Assembly: GCA_963678315.1 (NCBI GenBank)
Contig: OY782781.1
Coordinates: forward strand, 96,001-160,000
DNA: 64,000 nucleotides
Direction: 5' to 3'
DNA from: Candidatus Cloacimonadales bacterium
Lineage (GTDB): Bacteria; Cloacimonadota; Cloacimonadia; Cloacimonadales; JAFGVF01
Made by a program: the position numbers and the translations under genes. The notes beneath the pieces were generated by a model. It was given only the letters and a program-made list of their open reading frames with translations. It was not told the DNA's origin and made no database searches. Below are positions 29,457 to 40,300 of this stretch, one piece after another (the first letter of the stretch is position 1; the number at the start of each line of letters is the position of its first letter).

Positions 29457-29842
29457 CCTGCATTAAATCAGCTTTTATGCAGGTGCCACTTGGGCAAGAA
29501 GGGAATTTTAGGCAAAGGTGTGTCAATAGAGGCATGGAGAATTTTTTACAATCTTACCTAGGTTTAAAAACCTAGGCTTTGGACAATTAATCCCTTCAGG
29601 ATGACTTCTGTGTAAGATTGAACAATACAAAACCCCAGAGGGGTAAATTGTGCAAAGCCCATGATTTCAATCATGGGTAAATAAAAATAAACATTAGATT
29701 CTAGTCCTGAAGGGACTTGAAAAGCTAACATAATAACAAGACAAGTACTTTCAGCACTAGCAAGAAAATCACTACAATCCTACCTAGGTTTAAAAAGCTA
29801 GGCTTTGGATAATTCATCCCTTCGGGATAACTTCTGGGTAAG
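29457..29842. repeat. BIME-like repeat cluster: two 70-bp direct copies around an inverted diverged copy, plus a CCTGCAT..ATGCAGG hairpin
   Basis: 29547-29616 vs 29773-29842 (tacaatcytacctaggtttaaaaasctaggctttggayaatt..cccttc..); inverted copy 29631-29679; hairpin 29457-29483. Confidence 0.88.
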
Positions 29843-30739
29843 CTAGTATCTAATTCCTTTCTTCTTATCAACGCTTTTCCAGCGTTTATGTACCCAGAAC
29901 CAAAGTTCAGGATATTCTTTAATCATGTTTTCTAAGGATTTGTTTAAACGGTCCATTACTTGGTAATCAGTCAGACCTTCTTGTTTAGGGAAAAACATCT
30001 CTTCAACAATTATCTTATGTTTTCCTTCTTTAGTTCTCACATGATACATAGGTATTATAGGTAAGTCTGCTTTTAAAGCTATTCTGGCAATGCCCATAAA
30101 TACAGATGCATCGAAACCAAGGAAAGGCATTACTTCACCATTACTCCTTGCATCTTGGTCCATAATAAAGAAGATTTTCCTATTGCCCTTGATAGCCTTG
30201 ACTATACCACGCATAGCCCTTTTTTGGTATATAACATCTAGTCCAAGATCAGCTCTATAATCAACAAAGAACTTGTCAAAGTATGGGTTTCTTTGCTTTT
30301 TAGCAATAGCACTTAGTTTGAAACCCCTTCTTAGTAAGAAGTAACCTAATAATTCCCAGTTTCCAAAATGGCCTGTTGAAATTAAAAAACTTTGTTCCAT
30401 TTGCAGAGCTTTATCAAAATTATCCAATCCAACAATTTCAATCTCATCAGCTATCTTATCTCTATCTGCTTTAAATATCTCATATATCATGAGTCCATAG
30501 TTTTGATACATACGTTTAGTAATATCATTTACTTCTTTATCAGTAAAATTAGGGAAACACCTTTTTAGTTGGAATTTAACAAGTTTCTTCCTAATTCCAA
30601 TTTTATAACCGAAAGTATTTGCGATAAAAAGAAGAAAATTTCGAACTTGTCTTTCAGAGAGGGTATTAATAATTCCCAACCCTAGCTTCATAAGAGTTCT
30701 TTCAAATCTATTCTTTCTCTCTTTTTTGCTAGCAGCCAT
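29843..30739 (-). CDS. LpxL/HtrB-family lipid acyltransferase
   Basis: GHFGNWE, MDQDA, FLG, YPELWFWVHKRWK. Confidence 0.9.
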   Translation of the reverse strand: MAASKKERKNRFERTLMKLGLGIINTLSERQVRNFLLFIANTFGYKIGIRKKLVKFQLKRCFPNFTDKEVNDITKRMYQNYGLMIYEIFKADRDKIADEIEIVGLDNFDKALQMEQSFLISTGHFGNWELLGYFLLRRGFKLSAIAKKQRNPYFDKFFVDYRADLGLDVIYQKRAMRGIVKAIKGNRKIFFIMDQDARSNGEVMPFLGFDASVFMGIARIALKADLPIIPMYHVRTKEGKHKIIVEEMFFPKQEGLTDYQVMDRLNKSLENMIKEYPELWFWVHKRWKSVDKKKGIRY

Positions 30740-30740
30740 A

Positions 30741-31670
30741 CTAGATTATATCCTCTTCGATAGATATAAATCTATTCTTGGTATTTTTCCTTGTTTGTGA
30801 AACTATCAATTCTCCAAGCAAGCCAATGGAAAAGAATTGAAAACCCACAAGTATTAATAACATTGTTAAAAATATAGCTGGTCTATTAGATAAATGCATA
30901 CCGAATGCGTACTTCATAACTGTTAGATATACACCAAGTAAGCCACCAATTATAGTAAAGATAGCACCAATCCCACCAAACAAATATAGTGGTGATCTAT
31001 TGAACTTAGTTATAAGCTTAACGGTTAGTAAATCAAGGAAGCCACGTAGATATCTTTCAATACCATACTTTGATTTGCCGTGTTCTCTAGCTCTATGATG
31101 AACAGGTATCTCAGCAACTTTAAATCCTTTGGCATGGGCCAAAGCAGGAACATATCTATGCATTTCGCCATAAATATCAAGTTCTGCTACTAAATCTTTT
31201 GTATAAGCTTTGAAACCACAATTATAATCATTGAGAGCAAGCTTAAATGTTCTTGACGTTACCCAGTTAAAGAGTTTGGAAGGAAGTCTTTTGGATAGAG
31301 GGTCTCTTCTTTTAACCTTCCAACCAGTAACCAAATCATTGCCTTCTTTTATCTTAGTAATAAAGTTATCTATTTCAGTAGGATTATCTTGTAAGTCTGC
31401 ATCCATGGTAAAAATTATATCACCTTGAGCTCTTTCAAAGCCAACTTGAAGGGCATAAGCTTTACCAAAATTACGTCTAAACTTTATATTTTTAACATTC
31501 TTATCTTGTTCAGCAAGTGACTTCATAATCTTATAACTTGAATCAGTAGAACCATCATCTATAAATAAGATTTCATATTCATACTTCTTGCAGTTTTCTT
31601 TAATCTCTCTATGTAGTTGTTGAAGAGAGCCTTCTTCATTTAAAGCAGGGATTACAAAAGAAAGTTTCAT
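30741..31670 (-). CDS. GT2 polyprenyl-phosphate glycosyltransferase (ArnC/DPM1-like) with two C-terminal TM helices
   Basis: IDDGSTD, RNFGKA, MDADLQD, DYNCGFKAY, GEMHRYVP. Confidence 0.92.
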   Translation of the reverse strand: MKLSFVIPALNEEGSLQQLHREIKENCKKYEYEILFIDDGSTDSSYKIMKSLAEQDKNVKNIKFRRNFGKAYALQVGFERAQGDIIFTMDADLQDNPTEIDNFITKIKEGNDLVTGWKVKRRDPLSKRLPSKLFNWVTSRTFKLALNDYNCGFKAYTKDLVAELDIYGEMHRYVPALAHAKGFKVAEIPVHHRAREHGKSKYGIERYLRGFLDLLTVKLITKFNRSPLYLFGGIGAIFTIIGGLLGVYLTVMKYAFGMHLSNRPAIFLTMLLILVGFQFFSIGLLGELIVSQTRKNTKNRFISIEEDII

Positions 31671-31679
31671 CTAATCTCC

Positions 31680-32861
31680 TTATTTCATGAAATCGAAGAA
31701 CATCTTAGTTGTTAGCTTAGCAAACAGTTTTGGCTTTTTAAGAATAATCTCTTTGAAAATTCCATGAAAGCTCAGTTTATCGAGAGGAATCTCTCTTATA
31801 AAATCAAAATATTTGTTCAGTTTATCATTGTTTGCTTTAATAATTCTTTGTTTAATCAACTCTTCTATTTTTTCTTTATTTGAATTCTTTTTGAACCATT
31901 TAGTCTGATAAGATTTAAGTTTCTTATCACTTATACCTTTGTCACTAAAAGCACTAACAATAGCATCTCCACACAGTTTACCTGCTTCAATTGCAGTATC
32001 TATGCCACCACCGCTAATAGCGTTAGTTTGATGAGCACAATCTCCCACTAAGAGAACTCGATCTTTAACAAGGGTCTTTATTGTTTCTTTAACTGGTACT
32101 GCTCCACAAGTAAAACGTAACATTTTTGCTTGAGGATATTGAGCTTGCATATATTCATCAAGATGTTGCTTTGCTGTTTTATCTGTTCTTTCAGGATTAA
32201 CACCCAAGCCAATATTAGCTTTATTCTTACCTTTAGGAAATACCCAGACATATCCACCTGGAGCCCAATCTGCATTGAAAATAAACTTACATTCTCCATC
32301 AGTAAGTGATTTATCATTTACAAGATATTGTGCACAGGAATCTATATCTTCTAGATTTAATTTATTATCTATTCCAAACCATTTAGCAACTCTTCCATCC
32401 ACTCCGTCTGCAGCAACTAGAACTTTACTATAAATAGAACTTTTACTAGCATCAATTTCTATTGAGAATAGCTGGCTTGTTTGGTCATATTCAGCATTAG
32501 TTACGTTAGCTTGAAGCTTTATATAGGCCCCAGCTTCCAGAGCTCTTTCTGCAAGATATTTATCAAAGAGATTTCTATTAAGAATCAAACCATCTGGTGA
32601 GTTATGTATTTCTATTTCATTATTATCAGGTGGGACAAGTTTAACTTTTCTAATTTCAGTTGATACAAGAGATTCAGGAATTTCACCCAAGTCACCAAGA
32701 GATTTAGTCATAATCCCTTCTGCACACCTAACAGGTTGTCCTATTTCTTTGTCTCTTTCTAGGATAAGGGTCTTTAGATTCCCCTTAGCACATCTTTCAG
32801 CAGTGACAGAGCCAGCAGGTCCTCCACCTATAACAAGTACATCATATACTATTTTATTCAT
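31680..32861 (-). CDS. Geranylgeranyl reductase-family FAD oxidoreductase (archaeal DGGGPL-reductase-like)
   Basis: GGGPAG, PVRCAEG, APGGYVWVFPKG (YxWxFP), GDCAHQTNAISGGGI. Confidence 0.88.
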   Translation of the reverse strand: MNKIVYDVLVIGGGPAGSVTAERCAKGNLKTLILERDKEIGQPVRCAEGIMTKSLGDLGEIPESLVSTEIRKVKLVPPDNNEIEIHNSPDGLILNRNLFDKYLAERALEAGAYIKLQANVTNAEYDQTSQLFSIEIDASKSSIYSKVLVAADGVDGRVAKWFGIDNKLNLEDIDSCAQYLVNDKSLTDGECKFIFNADWAPGGYVWVFPKGKNKANIGLGVNPERTDKTAKQHLDEYMQAQYPQAKMLRFTCGAVPVKETIKTLVKDRVLLVGDCAHQTNAISGGGIDTAIEAGKLCGDAIVSAFSDKGISDKKLKSYQTKWFKKNSNKEKIEELIKQRIIKANNDKLNKYFDFIREIPLDKLSFHGIFKEIILKKPKLFAKLTTKMFFDFMK

Positions 32862-33030
32862 CTATCTTTAATGCTCCTAAAGGACAGCTTTTCAGACATT
32901 TTCTGCATAAAATGCATTTATCATGGTCTATTACAAGATTGTATTGTGTTAAATTTAATGCCAATGTTGGGCATATCGATACACAGCATCCACATCTATC
33001 ACATAATTCTAAATCAATTACAACTTTCAT
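32854..33030 (-). CDS. 2x[4Fe-4S] ferredoxin, 58 aa (below the ORF-track cutoff)
   Basis: Manual translation MKVVIDLELCDRCGCCVSICPTLALNLTQYNLVIDHDKCILCRKCLKSCPLGALKIDE; two CxxCxxCxxxCP motifs; overlaps both neighbouring genes. Confidence 0.93.
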   Translation of the reverse strand: MKVVIDLELCDRCGCCVSICPTLALNLTQYNLVIDHDKCILCRKCLKSCPLGALKIDE

Positions 33031-34582
33031 TGCTCTCTCTAATATCTATTACTTTTAACTGACCGTTGTTAGTTACCTGAAGCATTAAATCATATATATT
33101 ATGCTGTTTAAGAGATTTGCGTAAGTTTGATTCCATAAAGAGTTTAATATTCTTCTCACCTTGTTGATAATTCTTAACAAATATCATTGGCTCTGGGTTC
33201 TCTTGTCCAAAAGGAAGAAGGAAATCTAGGTCTTTCTTTAATTCGTAAGAAAATTCTGAGATATCAAGTGAAGCATTTGCCTGTAAGAACTGGTTTTCCC
33301 TAATTGTTTCACTTTGAGAAGCGAAATACTCTGCATATAGTTCTTTAAATCTATCTAAGTTATCTGGGTGCATAGTAAAGCCAGCAGCTTTAACATGACC
33401 GCCATATTGAATCAAAGATTCTTCACAGTATTTGAAAGCATCAAGAACACTAAAACCATCACTAGATCTACCTTCACAGAAGATTAAATCATCTTTCTTC
33501 TTGAGAATTAAAACTGGTTCTAAAATCTTGTTAACTATAAAAGTAGCACAAGTTCCAATTAGTGGATAAGTAATTTCATTTTCTTGGTCATAATAGATTA
33601 AACCATCTCCTTGATAACCATCAAGGATCTTATCTATGTAGAAACCAATTTCTTGAATGTTCTTTTCCATGGCCTTCTTTTCAGTTTGAATAATACCAAA
33701 GTTATCAAATTTATCTCTGCCCTCATAAATTAAGAAACGTAAGCCATGATGTATTCCACCATCATCTCTGCCGTTAGCTATCAATCTATATGAGTAGTTA
33801 ATAAAGTTCATCTTATCATAATTGTTACGAATCGGGGAACAAACTGAGGTGAGATAATCAAAAGTTGAGCCAGATATATCATTCCAATTATCAAGTACAT
33901 GCCTTACTAATATCCAGTTGATACCAGTCATTGGAACTCTATCAGCGATAGAACCGACAGCAGTCCAGAAGTAATAACTGTTCTTAACTTCTTTATTTAG
34001 AAGTCTTGCTAAATACCGAACCAGCATCAAAGAAACACCCACTCCAGCAAGCATCTTGTAAGGATAGTTACAGTCTTCTCGTTTAGGGTTTATTACTGCA
34101 ATAGTTTTTGGCATGTTTTCTTTTTCAAACATATGATGATCTGTTACTATTAAGTCTATACCTAAAGCGTTAATTTCATCAATCTTTTCGTAAGAAGATA
34201 CTCCATTATCTACTGTGATAACTAAATTTGCTTTTATCTCTTTGATATAGTCAATGAAGTTATCCTGTATTCCATGATGATCAGTCATTCTATTGGGAAT
34301 ATAGTAGTAATGATTTTGAAATCCGCAACTAGTAAGGAAGTCAAATAGTACATAAGTTGCAGTAACTCCATCAGGATCATCATGACCAAAGATTACTATT
34401 TTCTCGTTATTATAAAGAGCATCTATGATTCTTTTAGCACCGACTTCCATATCAGCAAAAAGCTCTTCATTGGGAAGATCTTCAAGCTTCAACTTATAAT
34501 CTTCATAATCCATTTTTCTTGTATCAATTATTTGTTCTAAAAATCCTTTATTATTCTCTTCATATAACCATCTTAATTGCAT
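33014..34582 (-). CDS. recJ: RecJ-like DHH/DHHA1 exonuclease
   Basis: GHDDPDG, TVDNG, TDHH, GGHVKAAG, PFGQENPEP. Confidence 0.8.
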   Translation of the reverse strand: MQLRWLYEENNKGFLEQIIDTRKMDYEDYKLKLEDLPNEELFADMEVGAKRIIDALYNNEKIVIFGHDDPDGVTATYVLFDFLTSCGFQNHYYYIPNRMTDHHGIQDNFIDYIKEIKANLVITVDNGVSSYEKIDEINALGIDLIVTDHHMFEKENMPKTIAVINPKREDCNYPYKMLAGVGVSLMLVRYLARLLNKEVKNSYYFWTAVGSIADRVPMTGINWILVRHVLDNWNDISGSTFDYLTSVCSPIRNNYDKMNFINYSYRLIANGRDDGGIHHGLRFLIYEGRDKFDNFGIIQTEKKAMEKNIQEIGFYIDKILDGYQGDGLIYYDQENEITYPLIGTCATFIVNKILEPVLILKKKDDLIFCEGRSSDGFSVLDAFKYCEESLIQYGGHVKAAGFTMHPDNLDRFKELYAEYFASQSETIRENQFLQANASLDISEFSYELKKDLDFLLPFGQENPEPMIFVKNYQQGEKNIKLFMESNLRKSLKQHNIYDLMLQVTNNGQLKVIDIRESNESCN

Positions 34583-34597
34583 TAAAAGTAATCCTTG

Positions 34598-35848
34598 TTA
34601 GTTTATATCTTCTTTAATCGGTATCTCTCTTGGCTCTGTTCTTCTGTATACTTTCTTGAATATATCAAAGCCAGAGAAGCCTATATTAAGCATTAATGAT
34701 CTATCTTCTATACCATGGATTGATTCATCCCCACGAATCAAGTATTCCACAGCTATATCTATTTTATCTATTTTAGAATGTAGAGGTAATGAGAATCCAA
34801 ATGAAGCAGCTTGTTCATAGATCTTCTCATTGTTATAGTCAAAAGGAAGTTCTCTATATGAGACACCAACTCTAAGAGGAACATACTTCCAGAATCCATT
34901 CTTTCTTACTTTTGGTTCATAACCAAATCCTAGACCTACTTTCCAAGCATTATGATAATCGGTTCCCATAAAATCATCCCATATTTCATAGTTAACATCT
35001 GAAACAAACTTAAATTTACCTAGCCACTTTTTAGCAAAACCTAATCCAAATCTATGAGGTAATTTATATGTATCATCTTCTAACTCTTCTGTAGAATGAA
35101 TTGTAAAATATTCACTTTCAGTATCAAAATCTCTACCCATTTCATATCTAGCACCAATAGACCAAGTAGCTGATTGCTTTAAGAAACCTGCAGTAAGTCC
35201 AACATTGGTGAATGTATATCTTGACTTGTAACGAGCATTTGCCTGTCCTGTTGAATCAAAACCATTATCCTGAATATACTCTTGTTCCCTATGTCCAATA
35301 TAGATATTAGGTCCTAAACCTATACTCCAACCCTGACTAAATCTATAACCATAATATAAATCTAATTTATAGATATATGAATCAATCAAGTTCTCTTCAT
35401 AATAAGCAGTTGAATCGCCAGTGGTACTAGCTTCTGAATAGCCAGTTATTAATCTATTTTGAACATTTCCAGATTGAGAAGAATTAAATTGAAATGCAAA
35501 TCTATGCTTTCTATAAGGAGCAACAATACTGAAGAATGGAAAATCTAATGCTTCATCAGTAAAATGACCTTCATTCTCAGTGTTATATCTTACATATCCA
35601 GATTTTAAAGCAGTGTAGAAATTCACAGTGTTAGCTGTATTAACTAAGGCCGGATTAGAATATCCATGAACTAGTCTTAATCCATCACCGATACTAGCAT
35701 CACCTAAACCTTGACTATAAACATCGTTACCAAGGTACTGGTAAGGCATTCCTGCAACAGAAAAAATAGAGTTACCTGCGTACAATCCACTAGCACATAT
35801 AATTGCTAATATTATCATTATTTTTGCAATTAAATTTATTTTAAACAT
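34598..35848 (-). CDS. FadL/PorV-like outer-membrane beta-barrel
   Basis: Signal peptide; NSIFS..GLG..NPA N-terminal plug motif; LPHRFGLG; LRVG; amphipathic strands. Confidence 0.7.
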   Translation of the reverse strand: MFKINLIAKIMIILAIICASGLYAGNSIFSVAGMPYQYLGNDVYSQGLGDASIGDGLRLVHGYSNPALVNTANTVNFYTALKSGYVRYNTENEGHFTDEALDFPFFSIVAPYRKHRFAFQFNSSQSGNVQNRLITGYSEASTTGDSTAYYEENLIDSYIYKLDLYYGYRFSQGWSIGLGPNIYIGHREQEYIQDNGFDSTGQANARYKSRYTFTNVGLTAGFLKQSATWSIGARYEMGRDFDTESEYFTIHSTEELEDDTYKLPHRFGLGFAKKWLGKFKFVSDVNYEIWDDFMGTDYHNAWKVGLGFGYEPKVRKNGFWKYVPLRVGVSYRELPFDYNNEKIYEQAASFGFSLPLHSKIDKIDIAVEYLIRGDESIHGIEDRSLMLNIGFSGFDIFKKVYRRTEPREIPIKEDIN

Positions 35849-36001
35849 ATTTTTAGCTCCGTTTCTATTTGTCTCTCAAAGAAATAATATTAGTAATCAT
35901 TTGTCAATATTCTTTTTTAGCTAGTTTTGACTAGTGTTTCAGTAATCTAATTATTCTTCATAACAATTATCTCAGAAGATGCATTATTTAGCTTTTAGCA
36001 C

Positions 36002-36033
36002 AAAAAAAAGAGCCTTGAACAAGTCAAAGCTCT
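36002..36033 (-). terminator. Terminator after rocD
   Basis: A-tract followed by imperfect gagccttga..tcaaagctc stem. Confidence 0.6.
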
Positions 36034-36057
36034 ATGTCTATATTATAATATAATTTA

Positions 36058-37299
36058 CTATAAAGTTTCGAATACTGATTTGATAATACCAACAGCTTCA
36101 CGAAGTTCTGATTCAGTGATAACTAGTGGTGGAGCAAATCTGATAATGTGTCTGTGAGTTGGCTTACAAAGTAGACCAGCTTCTTTAAGTTTAACACATA
36201 CATCCCATGCTTCTAAACCATCTTTAGGTTCAACAACTATAGCATTAAGAAGACCTTTACCTCTAACTAATTTAATCATTGGGTGATTAAGAGCTACAAG
36301 TTCTTCTCTAAAGATTTTACCTAATTCAAAAGCCTTTTCAGTTAAGTTTTCTTCTTTAATAACTGTAAGAGCTGCTTTTGCAACAGCACATGCTACAGGG
36401 TTTCCGCCGAAAGTAGAACCATGTTGACCAGGTTTGATAGTAAGCATAATATCTTTGTCAGCAAGAACAGCTGAAACAGGATATACACCACCAGAAATAG
36501 CTTTACCTAAGATAAGAACGTCAGGACGTACATTATCATAGTCACATGCTAATAAGCGACCAGTTCTAGCAATACCTGTTTGAACTTCATCAGCGATGAA
36601 AAGAACGTTATGTTTCTTACAGATATCAAAACATGTTTTTACATAACCTTCGTCTGGAACGAATACACCAGCTTCACCTTGGATAGGTTCAACGATGAAT
36701 GCAGCGATATTTTTGCCTTCAGCTTCTAAAAGAGCTTCAAGAGCAGCAGGATCATTATAAGGAACCTTTTTGATACCAGGGACAAATGGACCAAAACCAT
36801 CAAAGCAATCAGGGTCAATTGAAGCTGAAACAATAGAGATAGTTCTACCGTGGAAGTTACCTTCTGCAAAAACAAGAACTGCTTTTCCATTTTCGATACC
36901 TTTCACATCATAACCCCATCTACGAGCAAGTTTCATTGCTGTTTCAACAGCTTCAGCACCACTATTCATAGGAAGAACCATATCGAAACCGAAGAATTCA
37001 GTGATGAACTTTTCATATTCGCCTAAGTTGTTACTATAGAAAGCTCTTGATGTAAGAGTTAGAGTTTTAGCTTGTTCAATCATTGCATCAATTATTTTTG
37101 GATGACAGTGACCTTGGTTTACAGCTGAATAAGCTGATAAGAAATCAAAGTATTTGTTTCCTTCTGGATCCCATACGAAAGGACCTTGACCTTTTGCTAA
37201 AACAACAGGTAGTGGGTGGTAATTATGAGCACCATACTTGTCTTCGAAATCCATAGCTGTTTGAGAACTTATTGTTCCATATTTTAATGTATCAGACAT
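36058..37299 (-). CDS. rocD: Ornithine-oxo-acid aminotransferase
   Basis: [46 protein letters not shown]. Confidence 0.96.
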   Translation of the reverse strand: MSDTLKYGTISSQTAMDFEDKYGAHNYHPLPVVLAKGQGPFVWDPEGNKYFDFLSAYSAVNQGHCHPKIIDAMIEQAKTLTLTSRAFYSNNLGEYEKFITEFFGFDMVLPMNSGAEAVETAMKLARRWGYDVKGIENGKAVLVFAEGNFHGRTISIVSASIDPDCFDGFGPFVPGIKKVPYNDPAALEALLEAEGKNIAAFIVEPIQGEAGVFVPDEGYVKTCFDICKKHNVLFIADEVQTGIARTGRLLACDYDNVRPDVLILGKAISGGVYPVSAVLADKDIMLTIKPGQHGSTFGGNPVACAVAKAALTVIKEENLTEKAFELGKIFREELVALNHPMIKLVRGKGLLNAIVVEPKDGLEAWDVCVKLKEAGLLCKPTHRHIIRFAPPLVITESELREAVGIIKSVFETL

Positions 37300-37372
37300 T
37301 TGTCTCCTCCAGAATATTATTTTTTAAGTCTTTTTTCTATATTTTATGTTTAATGTCAAATCATTTTTTACT

Positions 37373-40300
37373 TTAGAATGTAATTTTGACCCAGAGTGAG
37401 AATGAAATCTTTTTAACATCCCTATTTGACTTCTTATCTTGTGTCATTTCGTAAGATAGTTTAGATCCACCATCGATATTTTTATGGAACTTATAGGAGA
37501 CTTCAGGAATAACCGAGTAAGTAATTTTATTCTCTCTTACTAGAGTTTCACTAGAACCCTTTTCAGTCATATAATTCTTAGTCCAATTAACATTGGTTCT
37601 AAGAGTCATATCATTTTTAAGACGGATACTAGAGCCAATCAATGGAAGTTTAAATCCTTCTACAGCTTTAAATGACCAAGATACTGAGCCAGTAACAGTT
37701 TGATCTTTATCATTAGTAATCTTATCAAAAGTATTCTTATCTTCAGTAGTCTTAGTAGAATACTGGTTGTATGATGCTGTAGTTATAACATTGTTCGCCC
37801 AATTACCAGTCCAACTAAACATAGGAGCAAAGTTTGTTCGAACTGTTCTAGAATCTGGCTTACTCCAACCAATATCACCTTTCTCTTCAACTTCATAAGT
37901 ATAGCCTGTTCCAATAGAACTTGAAGTAAGAATATCTCCAAAGCCAAAATAACTCTGTATATCTGTTACGTTAATATCTATTTCAGGGAAAGTTGTAATT
38001 ATAGTCTGAGAAGAATTACTAGACCAACGTTTATTGTTTTCATAAGTATAATAGATTGAAGTATTGAAGTTCTTATATGAGAATCTAGTTTCTGCATCAA
38101 ATTGATTGTTATTGTCTTTAACTTCAATTAGATCAGGGTCAAGAGAATAAGGAATACCAAGTTGGAACTGGTATTGAGGCCTATTATCTAGGTTTTTATA
38201 GTTCATGTTATAATCATTTTTATAACCAAACTCTAGATTACTAAAGCCAGCTACCCAATCAATAATACTTATATAAGAGAAACTCTCTCTATTAGATTCC
38301 TTATCATCTTTTTCATCTTTATCTTCTTTAGGCTTATCTCCATCCTTTCCAGGTCTACCTGAAGTTAAGGCATCATTTAAATCATAGAGAGTAACAATTC
38401 TGTCACGCATCTCTTTGAGTTGTCTCTCAATCTCTTCTCTATCTTTCTCATCTTTTATATCATTCTTTTTCTTGTCTAATTCCTTTATTTCTACCTTAAG
38501 TCTTTCAATTTCTTTTAAATACTTTGCATTTTCAGGAGTAGAAGCTTTAACATCTTCACGACCTCTGTCTTTATCCTCTTTAGCTTCTTCAAGTTCCTTT
38601 TCTTCTTTCGGATCTTTACTTTCTTTAGGGTCATAATCTTCTTTAGCTTTATCGCCATCCTTCTTCGGACTGTTTGGAGTTCTACTTCTAAGATAATCTG
38701 CTAAATCAGAAAGTAAATCAGAGTTGTTAAATACTAAGTCTACATTGAAGGTTCTGTTAACACTACCATCATGTTTAAACTTGATTATGTCTTCATCTTC
38801 CTCTTCATCATCATAAGTGTAGGAGTTACTCTTTTGTGACCTAGATTCGTTAAATACAACTTGTCCGTTCGAATTAACATCCAAAATCGAAGGTATTAAC
38901 TCTGGAGCAAAATTATAGGTAATTGTCTGCTTATAATCACTCTCTTCACCTATATTAATATTATTGATTCTATTCTTATAGGTTAAATCACGTTCAGTCT
39001 CAATCTTATAGGAAGAGCTTAAGTAAGATTTGTTCTTTGCAGTAATCAGAGGGAACTCTACATAGTTCTCTGTTTTAACAGCCCTTGTAGATTGATTTGA
39101 ACTTGCTGTATCATCTTCCCAGTAAATCAGTGTATCTGTTCTTGTAAGTTTATACTTATCTGGATTAGTAGAATTGAAAGTAACTGTATTCTCTATTTCA
39201 GAAGGGAATAAGTTAATCTTTAAATCATCCCAAATCTTGAAGCCACGATTAACACTTCCAAGGTTTAAGTCGTAAGCTAGAGTTCCGTTATGTTTGAAAG
39301 TAGTATCTGCCCTTGTTGATGTAATATTATCTGACAAAGTAGCATCCGCGCTCAAAGACAAACTTCCAAGTGTATAGTCCATCCATGGATTATCTGTTTT
39401 ACCTTTCCTAAAGCTCCAAGTACCTTTATAAGTGGTTGATTCAGTTTTCTCTAGATCCTTCTCAAAATCACTAAGATCATCTCTTAAGATATCAGAATTT
39501 GCCTTAAATCTTGGAATAGAAGATGATTTACTGTAATCAAAAGTAAGAGGCATAGTAATATTCCAATCATCATTAAAGAACTTGTGCATTGAGAAATTGT
39601 TCTTTACCGATATAGAAGATGTTTCCATAAATGAGCTAGATGTAGTAGATCTATCAGGTTTATTAACAAAGTTCTCAGATTCTTGATTAATGTCCACATT
39701 GATAGTATACAAATCAGCAAACTTACTGTTCATGGTAACACGAGCTTTGTAACCACTGTTTTCATAAGGGTCAGCAACTCTAATATCATTAAAATATACT
39801 TTACCAGAGAATTCAGATCCTGCTAGAGGCTGTACACCTAGATTTAGTTCTTTGATACTTGATAGTGTTGGATTACCTACTTTACGATATGATCTTAAAC
39901 CATCAACATACAAAGTATCATTATCTGAATTAGAAGCCATGTTTAGGTTCTTCAGTTCTGTTATCTCAGAAAAATCAATATCAACTTCTTTCCAGTTATT
40001 TCTACTCATCTGAGTAGCATATATTATAGGAGCAACTTTTTCTTTTATCTCATAATAGTTCAAGCTATCAGCACCTAAGCGTATAATCACATTTAATGAA
40101 TCGGCTGTATGCAATTCCCCTTGTTCTAGTTCAGGATAAACCCAGAATCGAAGAGAGTTATAAAGAAGCATATTAGTTGATTCTGTAGACTTCTGTCTAA
40201 CCAAAGCTAGTTGACCTTCCTGTAGGTTGTTAATAGAAATATTAAGAGACTGTTCTAATGTCTCTTCTCCTTCAGAAGTAGTAAATGTACCTGAAGGAGG

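Noticed and set aside
29547..29842. Possible CRISPR array
   Set aside because: Only two direct 70-bp copies plus an inverted one, no regular repeat-spacer period, and no cas genes.
32871..33062. 63-aa plus-strand ORF
   Set aside because: It is the antisense shadow of the minus-strand ferredoxin (32854-33030).
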